A stretch of DNA of 64,000 bases from an uncultured Anaerolineae bacterium. Lineage in GTDB: Bacteria; Chloroflexota; Anaerolineae; J036; Brachytrichaceae. A model generated the notes under the pieces. The model was given only the letters and a program-made list of their open reading frames with translations. It was not told the DNA's origin and made no database searches. Made by a program: the position numbers and the translations under genes. The stretch lies in NCBI GenBank assembly GCA_937959265.1, contig CALGMA010000027.1:9474-73473 (forward strand). Direction: 5' to 3'. Positions 40,401-49,999 of the stretch are shown one piece after another; position 1 is the stretch's first letter; the number at the start of each line of letters is the position of its first letter.

Positions 40401-40789
40401 AAGGCAACCAGGACGACGCCAAAGACCGCCGTGGGGATGCGTGAAGTGAAATCATCCGCGCCGAACAAGAAGTAGCTCAGCGCGGTGATATGAAACAGGA
40501 ACGGCCCGTGCATGAGCGGCGTATGTTGAAACCCCTTGCCGGTCGCCAGCAGGTACGAGAAATAGGTATGCAGCGACTCGTCATGGCTCATCACGCGCGC
40601 ACCCATGTCATAGAAGCGCGAGACGAGGGCGACGAGGATGAACAGGACGTAGAGCGCCCGTTCCCACGTCGCAGCGGTGAGCAACGGCCGATCGAGCCAG
40701 GCATCGCGCGGCGCAGCCAGTTGCGCCGTCGCTTCGAATTCGGTCAAGCGCTGTTCACCGATCATCTCCATACTCCGATCCTCAATCAT
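37403..40789 (-). CDS. TIGR03663-type GT-C (PMT-like) membrane protein with C-terminal NHL repeats
   Basis: SHDESLH, HGPF, RYIRQE, GEKMPWL; many TMs; repeated F..P.GIAVD..GNIYVADT.N.RIQ units. Confidence 0.85.
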   Translation of the reverse strand: MIEDRSMEMIGEQRLTEFEATAQLAAPRDAWLDRPLLTAATWERALYVLFILVALVSRFYDMGARVMSHDESLHTYFSYLLATGKGFQHTPLMHGPFLFHITALSYFLFGADDFTSRIPTAVFGVVLVALPYFFRRWLGRIGALATSFMLLISPSILYHARYIRQEEFILVWMTLTVLCIWRYLDDRQPGWLIGLTVALAFHATDKATSFLAVALLMVFLSVLALWQLYRGRRKFPPGQRWQDAAMLLGFGAVTAIFMVSLSILFELGSNALARAFGVITLIYGTVMVSLAALVCAGLTHLYRMTFSEWLRVASRNAPAFNVIIVLVTTTMFMGSPAMLLIKNRIWQAFRGEELVPISTLGNMSNLQMNPQVVTTMFAMSLALIAIAIAIGVAWHWRLWLAIAGVFLAITVTLFTTVFTNMAGIGTGFVGQLGYWMAQQDVQRGNQPWYYYFLLVPMYEYTMLAGALCAMATLAARILQALRARPRFFATLRRHHFPLFLAWWTVATWVIYTIAGEKMPWLTVHFALPMAFLTGWFIQQVAVSLSSRLRAQSAPAYGRTTQGFAVAGVAALAVLLFVRLLSLIGSLDLAGKPVADVLQWALSFMIGAIALALAGYVLGRVANSAALPAVALAGFALLSTLTVRTAVMVTYINYDYTREFLFYAHGAPGVKIALNQIDDLQKRVGGREPLKVGYTQETSWPMSWYMQRRPGTQFLGGQLPSNYEDFHAIIASEQDAQFAQFIDALSANYARFDYMLVWWPMQDYYDLNWDRISYSLFNPQARAALWEIAFNRNFEPYAKLFGKTSLTPETWSPGHRFSLFIRNDVADQLWDYRAGAVASGQSQRALGPSMQNPAGIAFAPDGTRFIVDRKANRVFHQDATGQLIRSFGGPGNQPGKFNDAWGIAVDDAQNIYVADTFNHRIQKFDADGNFLMTWGRPGATDQPGFGTDTQFFGPRDIAFDRDGRLLVTDTGNKRVQVFDRDGNFITQFGGPGSGEGQFNEPVGIAVDANGNIYVADTWNRRIQVFDPNYRFLRAWRVAAWDESQMDEAELRAVDHKPYLAISGDTLFVSSPRTAQVLAYTLTGAPVPLPSVTFDVDDLPTGVKVRNGTLFVTNLRNGSLIEFPLGAGLQ

Positions 40790-40792
40790 CTC

Positions 40793-42460
40793 TCATCTTG
40801 TCCCACTCACTCGCCTCGCCACGTCATCGCGTAACCAGAACACCCAGAGGTCGGCGTGCACGCCCTCCACGTTGCGAAAGGCCAGCCAGCGCGCCAGCGG
40901 CCAACAATCGAACCCGCCCTGCGGCAACCCAACGCAACGCACCTCGTTCAACGGCGCTCGCACTGTCACCGCATAAGCCATCCCAATAAAGTTACCGGCC
41001 ACACGCGGCTTTTCGGGCGCCGGAGTCAGCACGACGCCTGGGCTGCCTGCGTCTTCATGTGCGTCGAAGCCGCGCTGGTCGCGCAACGCCCAGCGCAATA
41101 CCGCCGGCGCATCTCCGGCGATATGCACGGCAAACGCACTTGGCTCGCCCGTCGCACGGATGCTCATCAGGCGGATGCTCTCTTTCAGCGCTTCGAGATT
41201 CAAAGCAGCGACCTGGGTGCGATACGGTTCGGCAGGGTTGTGTGGACGCACATGATTCATCTGGATGCCGACACCAAACGCATACAACGATAGCACGGCG
41301 ACACCGGCCAGCGCAACACCGCGCAGAGGAGCGCCGTGGTCCATGCTCAAACTGCCTGCTGCGATGAGCGCCACGATCAACAGGGCGGCGATGACTACGG
41401 AGACCAGCCACGCGCTGCGCCCTTGCCCGGCATACTGCCACACACCCAAGCCGGCGTAGATCAGCAACACGAAGGCGACGGCAGCAACGGCGCCTTCGCG
41501 CCGCCAGGTAGCCCAGCGCTGCACCGAAGCGAATAGCGCGTCATAGACCACCGAGGCCAGGCCCGCCATGCCGATCACCAACGGCACGAGCAATGCGGCG
41601 CTGCGGCCGGCAGTGACGACGAGCAACCCTGAACCCGCTGCAACCCAGACCAACCAGGCAGCTTCGGCGCGAACCAGAGTACGCGAGCGGACAAACGCCG
41701 CAAGCGCAAACGCTGCGCCCAGCCATGTAACCGGCTCGCTGGTTATCAAGCCGAGCATCAAACGCCCAACGGAGGCGGACTCACTCACCCCTAGCGTCCT
41801 CACCCACAACGCATAGCCGTTGAAGGCATCGCCCAGGCCAACCGGACGCATGAGCAGCGCCGTGGCCGACAACACGAATGCCAGCAGCGCAATCGCCACC
41901 GTGCGAGCCGACAAGCGAACGCCGTCAAGCGGCATCGCAACCGACGAGGCCAGGACGGTCACGATCAGCGGTGGAATCGCATCCTGGCCGGTCGCCAGCA
42001 ATGCGCCAAACGCCGCCGCTGCCGGGGCCGGACGACAGGCGCGCCAGGCGCAATGTGCTGCGAAGGCCAACATCCACGCCAGCATAGCGCCACCCATCTC
42101 GCGCGACACGAACCACAGCGTCGGCGAAAGCGCGAGCAACACCGCAAAAATCAACGTGCGCGTTCGTCCAAGCGGAAGGCGCAACACGACAGGCAGCAGA
42201 CACAACGCAACGCCGCTCAACGCTGCAACCAACCGCGCCGATACCTCGCTCGCGCCGAAGACGGCGAAGAACAGCGTCTGTAGCCAGCCGAACAACGGAT
42301 TCGAGAAAGCGGCCGGCTCACTCCGCAACACTGCAAGCGAGGTCAAAGCTGTCGCCGCTTCGACGTTCGTCAGCAGGAAGTCCAGTCGCACCAGGCGCGG
42401 CACGCTCGCCAAGAGGGCAACGGCGCACCACAGCGCAACCTCGCGCGTCACTCGATGCAT
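40793..42460 (-). CDS. PMT-like polytopic membrane protein (degenerate relative of neighbour)
   Basis: FFAVFGASEVSARL and LLALSPTLWFVSR parallel FLFGADDFTSRI and LLISPSILYHAR of the next gene. Confidence 0.7.
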   Translation of the reverse strand: MHRVTREVALWCAVALLASVPRLVRLDFLLTNVEAATALTSLAVLRSEPAAFSNPLFGWLQTLFFAVFGASEVSARLVAALSGVALCLLPVVLRLPLGRTRTLIFAVLLALSPTLWFVSREMGGAMLAWMLAFAAHCAWRACRPAPAAAAFGALLATGQDAIPPLIVTVLASSVAMPLDGVRLSARTVAIALLAFVLSATALLMRPVGLGDAFNGYALWVRTLGVSESASVGRLMLGLITSEPVTWLGAAFALAAFVRSRTLVRAEAAWLVWVAAGSGLLVVTAGRSAALLVPLVIGMAGLASVVYDALFASVQRWATWRREGAVAAVAFVLLIYAGLGVWQYAGQGRSAWLVSVVIAALLIVALIAAGSLSMDHGAPLRGVALAGVAVLSLYAFGVGIQMNHVRPHNPAEPYRTQVAALNLEALKESIRLMSIRATGEPSAFAVHIAGDAPAVLRWALRDQRGFDAHEDAGSPGVVLTPAPEKPRVAGNFIGMAYAVTVRAPLNEVRCVGLPQGGFDCWPLARWLAFRNVEGVHADLWVFWLRDDVARRVSGTR

Positions 42461-42475
42461 CTTCGCTCGTGCAGT

Positions 42476-43123
42476 TCAGTTCTGTGCTACCGGGCGGGCG
42501 ATCACGATCACGCGGTGTGTGTTGCTCGACTCCGGCCAACACGAGACCAGCGTCAGCCGGTCGTCGTCCATCGCCTGGATGTACTGCGCATTGGCGATGC
42601 GCACTTCGAGGGGCTGGTCGCGCTCGCGCAAGAGCTTGACTTCTTCAACGCGATAGACGACTTGCCGGTCGCCTGCGCCAAGACGAATCTCATCGCCGGG
42701 CTTCAGCGTGTAGAGCTTGCGAAAGACTGCGCCGTAGATGTTGTTGTGGCCGTTGAGGACGATATTCTTGCCCTCTCCCAACCGGCCGGAGTAGTCGTGC
42801 CAGCCGACTTTCCGGTTGTTCGGCGCAGTCCACTCGATGGCGCCCAAGCCGACGCGCTTACCGGGGCCGACCGGCTGAATCCATGCGTTGACTTTCAACT
42901 TGTCAATCCAGATGCGTTCCGGAATCGGATACGTTTCAGCCGCAGACGACAATCCGGCAGACTCACCCGAGACCGTGCTTTCCTGTGCCGGCGGGGCGAA
43001 GCGGGATGCCGCTGCGGTGATATCCGCACCGCAGGCGAAGGTCGCAGCGCCGAGCGCGATGAGTGCGACGCCAGCCATGCTTGCAGCCCAGGCGATCCAT
43101 CGTTGAACTTTCGGGCAAACCAT
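42476..43123 (-). CDS. Sortase
   Basis: N-terminal anchor, NIVLNGHNN, RLTLVSCWP, HRVIVIA (His-Cys-Arg triad). Confidence 0.9.
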   Translation of the reverse strand: MVCPKVQRWIAWAASMAGVALIALGAATFACGADITAAASRFAPPAQESTVSGESAGLSSAAETYPIPERIWIDKLKVNAWIQPVGPGKRVGLGAIEWTAPNNRKVGWHDYSGRLGEGKNIVLNGHNNIYGAVFRKLYTLKPGDEIRLGAGDRQVVYRVEEVKLLRERDQPLEVRIANAQYIQAMDDDRLTLVSCWPESSNTHRVIVIARPVAQN

Positions 43124-43132
43124 ACTGGCATC

Positions 43133-43756
43133 CTAATCGGTGATGTTGAGCCGCGTCTTAACGATATCCTTGACCTGGGCAGCTACCTGATCGGTCGTCG
43201 CCGATGCATCTATCAACTGCCAACGCTCCGGCTCCTGGGCAATCAGTCGGTGATAGCCATCGCGCACACGGCGATGGAATTCGATCGTCTCGACATCAAT
43301 CCGATTGATCTCGGCGCCGCTGGCCATTCTGCGCTCAAGCGCACGTTCTGGATCCACGTCGAAATACAGCGTCAGGTCGGGTTTGACGCCATGCGTCACG
43401 AAATCGAGCAGACTGCGTAGAAAGTCAAGATCGAGGCCGCGGCCATAGCCCTGATAAGCCAGCGTGCTGTCGGCAAAGCGATCGCTCAGCACGATGCCAC
43501 CGCTATGCAGATAGGGTTGAACCTGCTCGGCGACGAGCTGCGCGCGCGATGCGCAATACAACAGTAACTCGGTCCGAGAATCCATGTTCGAATTGCTCCG
43601 GTCGTGCAGGATGGCGCGAATGGCATCGCCGATTCTGGTGCCGCCGGGCTCGCGCAGCGTTAGCACGCGCTGACGATGGGTGCGCAACCATACTGCCAGA
43701 CGTTGGATCTGTGTCGTCTTGCCGCTGCCGTCTAGACCTTCGAAAGAGATGAACAT
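43133..43756 (-). CDS. tmk: Thymidylate kinase
   Basis: FISFEGLDGSGKTTQ, REPGGT, DRFADSTLAYQGYGRG. Confidence 0.97.
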   Translation of the reverse strand: MFISFEGLDGSGKTTQIQRLAVWLRTHRQRVLTLREPGGTRIGDAIRAILHDRSNSNMDSRTELLLYCASRAQLVAEQVQPYLHSGGIVLSDRFADSTLAYQGYGRGLDLDFLRSLLDFVTHGVKPDLTLYFDVDPERALERRMASGAEINRIDVETIEFHRRVRDGYHRLIAQEPERWQLIDASATTDQVAAQVKDIVKTRLNITD

Positions 43757-43823
43757 GGATAGATGATAAAAATTGGAAATTGAGAATCCAGATTGCCAGG
43801 AGCCAGAGTTCGCCGCTCACGAC

Positions 43824-45572
43824 TCATTCCCTGAAGATGCGCACGCGGCGCATGGGTTCTTTACCATAAGAGTGTGAGACGAGGTTCGAAGCGCGCGCAA
43901 GTTGATGCTGCTGCCGGCGTACGAAAGCGTTCTGCGGAGATAGATCCACGACGCGCTCCCCAGCCAGCACGCGCCGGATCGCCTCTTCGGTCTCCTCGAT
44001 CGCACTTTCATACGGAATGCGCTCTCTGTCGGTCAGGCCGAACAGGTCAGCCAGACAGCTTTCCATCTGGGACACCGAGTTCGAACGCAACACATAGATC
44101 GGCACATTATCCTGCTCGGCCTCGACGATCGTGCGCGGACGCTGACGATAATATGACTTGGCGGTGATCAGCACGTCGGCATCGTCCAGGCTGTCCACAA
44201 ACACGGCCGGGACGCCCAGCTGTCGAGCCGCCTGCTTCAGACGATGCTTCGACACACCAAACGCATACAGGCGCATCGCCTTCGCCTCGCCGGGGTGCGC
44301 TTCGAGCGCTTCTGTCATCTCGGCTTCGTTCTCATGCTCTTCCGGCTCGCCAGGCCGAATGATCACCGACTCGCCAGCCTTATCGGTGCGTAGCACGGGT
44401 AGATCTTCATAGGCATCGCGGTCGCGGCGAAACGCCTCGCGCATGCCATAGCCGTCGCGGCGGGAGCGCCGATCGCGGCGGTCGGGCATCTCCGCTTCGC
44501 GCTCACGTCCGTCCTCCTGCGACAAGCGGACGCGCTCGCTACGCATGCGACCCTCTTCGTCCCAGTAACGCAACTCGGCTACCGGCATACGGTTGCGCAA
44601 CAATGCATCTACGGCCTCGCTCACGTCGTGATGCACCAACAGGCGATGTCGGTCACGAATCTCGATCAACACGTCGAACGTGGGCGGCGCGCGGCGCTCC
44701 AGGACGGTCTTCTGCGTGCCACGCCGGCGCGCTTCTTCATCCGAGAGGGTCACACTCTCGATGCCACCGATCAAATCGTTCAGCGTTGGGTTCACCATCA
44801 AGTTCTCGATGGTCTGACCATGAGCCGTGCCGATCAGTTGCACGCCACGCTCGGCAATCGTGCGTGCTGCTTCGGCCTCTTGTTGGCGGCCGATTTCATC
44901 TATTACGATGACCTGCGGGTTGTGATTTTCGACGGCCTCGATCATCACCTCATGCTGCATGCTGGGTGTCGAGACTTGCATGCGGCGCGCGCGGCCGACT
45001 GCCGGATGAGGGATGTCGCCGTCGCCGCCGATCTCGTTCGACGTGTCTACGATCACGACGCGCTTCGTCTCGGCCAACACCCGCGCCGCTTCACGCAGCA
45101 TCGTGGTCTTGCCGACGCCGGGCTTGCCCAACAGCAAGATACTCTTGCCGCTTTCGATGATGTCCTCGATGATCTTGAGCGTGCCATATACGGCGCGGCC
45201 CACCCTGCAGGTCAAGCCCACCACTATGCCGCGCCGGTTGCGGATGCCCGAGATACGATGAAGTGTACGGGCAATGCCGGCGCGATTGTCATCGTCGAAC
45301 TCGCCGATGCGCTCGAGCACGTAATCCAGGTCTTCCTGGGTTACCTCCGTCTCGCGCAGCACCAGCGTTTCTTCACGTGCAGCAGGGCTGCCAGCGTCAC
45401 CGTTCGCCTCCGCATTCACGTAGCGTGACTCAGGCAACCGGCCCAGGTCCATCACCACCTCGATGAGGTCGTTGAAGCGCCCGATTTGTCTGATCGCCTC
45501 CGCGATGGAGGGAGGCAGTACATTCAAAAGCGTATCCAGATCGTCAGTGATTCGCAGTTCTTGCATAGTCAT
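43824..45572 (-). CDS. Ycf45/SpoIIIAA-like AAA ATPase with C-terminal R3H domain
   Basis: TLHRISGIRNR, GKPGVGKTT, VIDEIG, LSPQNAFVRRQQH; start 45572 or 45566. Confidence 0.9.
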   Translation of the reverse strand: MTMQELRITDDLDTLLNVLPPSIAEAIRQIGRFNDLIEVVMDLGRLPESRYVNAEANGDAGSPAAREETLVLRETEVTQEDLDYVLERIGEFDDDNRAGIARTLHRISGIRNRRGIVVGLTCRVGRAVYGTLKIIEDIIESGKSILLLGKPGVGKTTMLREAARVLAETKRVVIVDTSNEIGGDGDIPHPAVGRARRMQVSTPSMQHEVMIEAVENHNPQVIVIDEIGRQQEAEAARTIAERGVQLIGTAHGQTIENLMVNPTLNDLIGGIESVTLSDEEARRRGTQKTVLERRAPPTFDVLIEIRDRHRLLVHHDVSEAVDALLRNRMPVAELRYWDEEGRMRSERVRLSQEDGREREAEMPDRRDRRSRRDGYGMREAFRRDRDAYEDLPVLRTDKAGESVIIRPGEPEEHENEAEMTEALEAHPGEAKAMRLYAFGVSKHRLKQAARQLGVPAVFVDSLDDADVLITAKSYYRQRPRTIVEAEQDNVPIYVLRSNSVSQMESCLADLFGLTDRERIPYESAIEETEEAIRRVLAGERVVDLSPQNAFVRRQQHQLARASNLVSHSYGKEPMRRVRIFRE

Positions 45573-46629
45573 GCGCGCTCGAGAGCGCGTCTTCGCTGTA
45601 CGCGCCTTCACCATCGCCGGGCGAAGCGCGAGATTCAAGATGAATGGAGGCCGAGTGTGTGTTCTTGATCGCTGTCCCTTCAGCTGCGACCGGAGACCAG
45701 ATCGGTTGATGGACGCGCGCAGCTGTATGGCGCACCATCAACATAGTCGAGGTCATGTGCACGAAGCCGAGCTCGTCCAGGATGGGAAGCATCCAGCTCT
45801 GGTAGTGCCGCACGGTGAGGTAGACCGGCCGCCAGGTACGCGTCATCAGATGCGCCAATGCAAAACGGAGGGTGGGCAGCGCGTCTTGCTCGGCGTCGGG
45901 CCGGAAGAGCGCTTGCATGCCATAGCCACGCTTACCCTGACGCACTGAAACGTGCGCAACCAGCTCGTTGCCGCGCATCAACACAAAGCCACGATCCATG
46001 CGATGCGTGGAGCGCAGCAGGTCGAATGACACTTCGGCCTGATATGTCATCTTCGGAGCAGCGCGCAAGTGCAACGCTTTGATCAGCGGCTCGTCGTCTT
46101 TGGTCTGCTCGCGCAGCCCGTTGACTTCCGGCAACGACTCCAGGTCGGGCTTGTTTGCCAGCTTGAGGACGTCTTGCTGAATGAGCGGGACGAAGCCGGC
46201 GCCTTGCAACGCCTCGGCCTCGCCGCCTATTTCGGGGGCTTCTGCGACGATGTGATGCGCCCCGCGCTGCGCCGCCTCGACGGCGAATTCTTGCGCGAGA
46301 TACATCCACGCCTCCATCAGTTCATCAGATTGCGCGTGAGGCGCCATCAACACAAGCGCTGCACGTCGGTGAATCGCCGCGCCATTTTCGGCACTATCGC
46401 CGTTCGCGCCCGGCAGCACATACATCACGCCAAAGGCCTCGATATCATGATCGGCATCGCGTTCGACCAGAACCACTGCATGATCGCGCCCACCCCCCAA
46501 ATACGAGCGAATCGCGTCGCGCAGCGGATTCACCCCATCAACAGCTACCAGTTCGCAGGCCAGAGGCCGGGCCGACGCAGTCAGTCGCTGAACGACGCTT
46601 ACATCACGAATGTCGAACGGACGAATCAT
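45544..46629 (-). CDS. Hypothetical protein, possible tandem GNAT-like fold
   Basis: MIRPFDIRD start, EALQGAGF and ILDELGF endings typical of GNAT halves; co-oriented in operon. Confidence 0.6.
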   Translation of the reverse strand: MIRPFDIRDVSVVQRLTASARPLACELVAVDGVNPLRDAIRSYLGGGRDHAVVLVERDADHDIEAFGVMYVLPGANGDSAENGAAIHRRAALVLMAPHAQSDELMEAWMYLAQEFAVEAAQRGAHHIVAEAPEIGGEAEALQGAGFVPLIQQDVLKLANKPDLESLPEVNGLREQTKDDEPLIKALHLRAAPKMTYQAEVSFDLLRSTHRMDRGFVLMRGNELVAHVSVRQGKRGYGMQALFRPDAEQDALPTLRFALAHLMTRTWRPVYLTVRHYQSWMLPILDELGFVHMTSTMLMVRHTAARVHQPIWSPVAAEGTAIKNTHSASIHLESRASPGDGEGAYSEDALSSAHDYARTANH

Positions 46630-46781
46630 TCTCGGATTGAAATGTTCCAATGCCGGGCATGGACGTGCAACCGGTCGACGGTCGCACGCCCCGCTACATG
46701 TAGTCAGATTCTACCCCAGCGCTCACCATCGAGCACGTCATCGGATGACAAAGGCGGGTCACCCCTTACAATCGCGCCGGT

Positions 46782-47912
46782 ATGAACTACTTCCAAGAAC
46801 AAATCCTCACCTTGCCACAGCTCATCACAGACGTAACGGAGGCCTTTCTCGACGAGGCAGCACGCACCCTCGACGACGATTTCTGTCGCACGGTAGAGCG
46901 GCTATACGTCATTGGCTGCGGGGACAGCCACTTTGCCGCGCTGGCGACCGAGTTCGCATTCGAATCCATCGCCGGCGTGCCCACCGAAGCACAGAACGCC
47001 ATGACATTCTCGCGCTACGGCGTGATCCACTTTGATGCGCCCGGGTTCGCGCAGCGCGCGAGCGCCAGTGCGGTGATCGGCGTCTCGGTCTCCGGCGGCG
47101 TCACGCGCACCATCGAGGGCGTACTGCGCGCCAAAGCACGCGGCTTGCGTGCCTTTGCCGTGACGAACAGCGAACAGACGCCCATCGCCCAGGCCGCCGG
47201 CGCCGTGCTGACGACCCGAGCACCCGACATACCCAATGCCGCCGGCATACAAGTGCCCGGCGCGCGCTCGTACTTCGCTTCGCTGATCATGCTATATGCC
47301 TGCGCGCTGCGCATAGCAGAATCGCGTGGGCACAATACTCACGTCTGGCGCGCTCACCTGTCGGACATGGGCAAACAGGCGCAGCGCACGATCGAGATGA
47401 GCGACACACCAGCGCACACATTGGCCGAACGCACCCTCGATGCGGGCGAGTTTGTGTTCTGCGGCAGCGGGCCGAACTTCGGCACGGCACAGTTCTGTGC
47501 TGCCAAGGTGCTGGAGGCAAGCGGCGACGCAGCAACCGGCCAGGACGTGGAAGAATGGGCGCACCTGCAGTATTTCGCCAGAGCGGTAGATACGCCAACC
47601 TTTCTCGTCACAGCGAACGAACGCGATGCCAGCCGCGCTGCCGAGGTGAAGACGGCGATGCAGGCCATCGGCCGGCGGGTGATCGAGGTCTCGCCACAGG
47701 ATGCAGCAATTTCAGCCGGTGGCGCCCACCTGCCCTATGCGCCGTGTCCGGAAGTCTTCGCACCACTGCTGGCATGTATCCCGGCGATGCTGTTCGCGTC
47801 CTACCGAGCAGAACTGCTGGGCGAGCCGTACTTCCGCGCCTTCGGCGGCGGGCGCAACATCGAGGGTGGCGGGGGCATCAGCCGAATCCGCACAAGCGCG
47901 TTGGTCGTTTGA
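46782..47912 (+). CDS. Double SIS-domain protein (sugar-phosphate isomerase/deglycase-like)
   Basis: IGCGDSHFAA, GVSVSGG, CGSGPNFGTA, VEEWAHLQYF. Confidence 0.85.
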   Translation: MNYFQEQILTLPQLITDVTEAFLDEAARTLDDDFCRTVERLYVIGCGDSHFAALATEFAFESIAGVPTEAQNAMTFSRYGVIHFDAPGFAQRASASAVIGVSVSGGVTRTIEGVLRAKARGLRAFAVTNSEQTPIAQAAGAVLTTRAPDIPNAAGIQVPGARSYFASLIMLYACALRIAESRGHNTHVWRAHLSDMGKQAQRTIEMSDTPAHTLAERTLDAGEFVFCGSGPNFGTAQFCAAKVLEASGDAATGQDVEEWAHLQYFARAVDTPTFLVTANERDASRAAEVKTAMQAIGRRVIEVSPQDAAISAGGAHLPYAPCPEVFAPLLACIPAMLFASYRAELLGEPYFRAFGGGRNIEGGGGISRIRTSALVV

Positions 47913-47915
47913 TGC

Positions 47916-48566
47916 TCACAACCGAGGAGGTACACCGACGGCAGCGCATAGCTCGCGATAGCCCTCCAGGCCCAACGCCAACGTGATCTCTTCGGCGTAA
48001 ATCTGAAAGACGTACTCTGGATCGCACGCGCAGTCTTCGTAGCACCCACCACCACGGTTGAAGAGGTCATTTTCATCGTCCAGCGTCAGGCGCTTCACCG
48101 GCAAAGGCCGGCCACCGGCATCTTCATACTCGTCCACCACCGGAAACAGGCAGCAGTAGTAGGGCTTCAGCTCCCACGAGGGGCGACCATGGGCGATGCA
48201 GGCAGCTTGAATCGCGCAGTAGCGATCTTCGGGGCGCAAAAACACACACGTCGTACCGCTGGGGTGGGATGGATCCTCGACCGTGGTTGTGCCGGTATAC
48301 CGCCCAGATGGGAAGGCAGGATCATCGTCGTGCAGTTCGGCAAACCAGGTATCCGGATCGCGCCGCGTCGCCGGCATGAAAGGTTGGATCAGCTCGGCCT
48401 GAGCGACGATGCGCCGGGCGTGTGCGTAGTCCACCCACACCCCATCGGCGCAACAGCCGGCTTTACACCGGGCTATCTGGCAACGCCGGATCGCCTTCTT
48501 TTGCAGCAACTTGTCGTCTATCGCGTAGCCATTGATAACGATGTCGGCCATGATTCGTTTACTCAC
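47916..48566 (-). CDS. Cys-rich DUF3109-like protein
   Basis: C..CKAGCCADG, CVFL...CAIQ, KPYYCCLFP. Confidence 0.7.
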   Translation of the reverse strand: MSKRIMADIVINGYAIDDKLLQKKAIRRCQIARCKAGCCADGVWVDYAHARRIVAQAELIQPFMPATRRDPDTWFAELHDDDPAFPSGRYTGTTTVEDPSHPSGTTCVFLRPEDRYCAIQAACIAHGRPSWELKPYYCCLFPVVDEYEDAGGRPLPVKRLTLDDENDLFNRGGGCYEDCACDPEYVFQIYAEEITLALGLEGYRELCAAVGVPPRL

Positions 48567-48772
48567 TGGCCGCGCAGCCGGTTGAGTTGCTCCTCCATCT
48601 CGCGCTGACGTTGCTCAGAAGCACGACGCCCTTCTTCCAGAATTTCATCCACCTCACGCTTGATGTCGTCGCGCAAGTCCTCACCGGATTTGGGTGCGAG
48701 TAACAAAGCAATGATCGCACCGGCAATCGCGCCGATGATCATGCCGTTCAAAAAGCTGCCAAATTTACCCAT
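48563..48772 (-). CDS. YtxH-domain protein
   Basis: FLNGMIIGAIAGAIIALLLAPKSGEDLR; RBS GAGGAGG. Confidence 0.9.
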   Translation of the reverse strand: MGKFGSFLNGMIIGAIAGAIIALLLAPKSGEDLRDDIKREVDEILEEGRRASEQRQREMEEQLNRLRGQ

Positions 48773-48892
48773 AATGTGTGTTCCTCCTCTTGAATTAACA
48801 CTATACGCCAGGCCAAGTTGTGCAGAACTTTCGACCGCAGCCTACCTGACCGGAAGGTCACTTTCTGCGACATCGCTAAAATAGCCTGAATC

Positions 48893-49999
48893 ATGACCGC
48901 CGAACGACTGAGTAGACTTAAGCAAGCGCAACGACTGGCCAATATAGATTATGTCGCGCTTGTGCCTGGCCCCAACCTGATTTACTTCACCGGCCTGCAC
49001 ATGCACTTAAGCGAGCGACCAATCGTAGCATTGCTCCCTGCCACTGACGTGCCGCCCATCCTGATCGCGCCTTTCTTCGAGGTTGGCAAAGCGACGTGCG
49101 GACCCGTCGCATTGAACTGGCAAGTGCACAGCTACGAAGATGGCGTCCCCTACCAGGATGCCTTCCGCCGCGCAGCAGAAGCACATGACCTGCGCGGCAA
49201 GACCATCGCCATCGAGCCATTGCAGATGCGCGTGTTGGAGTGGACGCTGCTCAGCGAGGCTGCGCCCGACATCCGGCAGGCGTCGGCTGCCGATCTGATC
49301 GCGCCACTGCGCATGGTGAAGGATGCCGACGAGATCAACGCGATGCGTCGTGCGGTTGCACTTGCCGAAGCAGCCCTGACGCAAGCGCTGAAGGAGATTC
49401 GCGAAGGCATGACCGAGCGTCAGGTGGCCAACCTGTTGCTGCGGCACTTGATGGCTGCCGGCGCGCAGGGGTTGCCGTTCGAGCCGCTTGTGCAATCCGG
49501 GCCAAGCGGGGCCAACCCCCACGGCATGTCCGGCGACCGGCCCTTACGCCGGGGCGACCTGGTGGTCATTGACTTCGGTCTGAAAGTGGACAACTACGGC
49601 AGCGACATCACGCGCACGATTGCCGTCGGCGAACCGGATGCGCAGATGCGCGACGCCTACGAAGTGGTGAAAGCGGCTAATGCTGCCGGACGCGCCGCAG
49701 CCAAACCGGGGGCGACCGGTGAGATGGTGGACCGCGCCGCGCGCAGCGTGATCGAAGCAGCCGGCTACGGCGCGTATTTCACCCATCGCACCGGCCACGG
49801 CTTGGGCCTGGAAGGGCACGAGCCGCCCTACATGGTCGCGGGCGACACGACAGCGCTGCAACCTGGCATGACCTTCACCGTCGAGCCGGGCATCTACATC
49901 CCCGGCAAAGGCGGCATACGCATCGAAGACGACGCGCTGATCAACGAGGACGGCAGCCAGAGCCTGACGTCGTTCACCCGCGACCTGATCATAGTGTGA
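48893..49999 (+). CDS. Xaa-Pro peptidase (M24 family)
   Basis: DFG..YGSDITRT, HRTGHGLGLEGHE, TVEPGIY, GIRIEDD. Confidence 0.93.
   Translation: MTAERLSRLKQAQRLANIDYVALVPGPNLIYFTGLHMHLSERPIVALLPATDVPPILIAPFFEVGKATCGPVALNWQVHSYEDGVPYQDAFRRAAEAHDLRGKTIAIEPLQMRVLEWTLLSEAAPDIRQASAADLIAPLRMVKDADEINAMRRAVALAEAALTQALKEIREGMTERQVANLLLRHLMAAGAQGLPFEPLVQSGPSGANPHGMSGDRPLRRGDLVVIDFGLKVDNYGSDITRTIAVGEPDAQMRDAYEVVKAANAAGRAAAKPGATGEMVDRAARSVIEAAGYGAYFTHRTGHGLGLEGHEPPYMVAGDTTALQPGMTFTVEPGIYIPGKGGIRIEDDALINEDGSQSLTSFTRDLIIV

Noticed and set aside
48830-48872. Hairpin TGACC-GGAA-GGTCA as SRP RNA or riboswitch
   Set aside because: Lacks the SRP GGAAGCAGC context and a long enclosing stem; too short to call.
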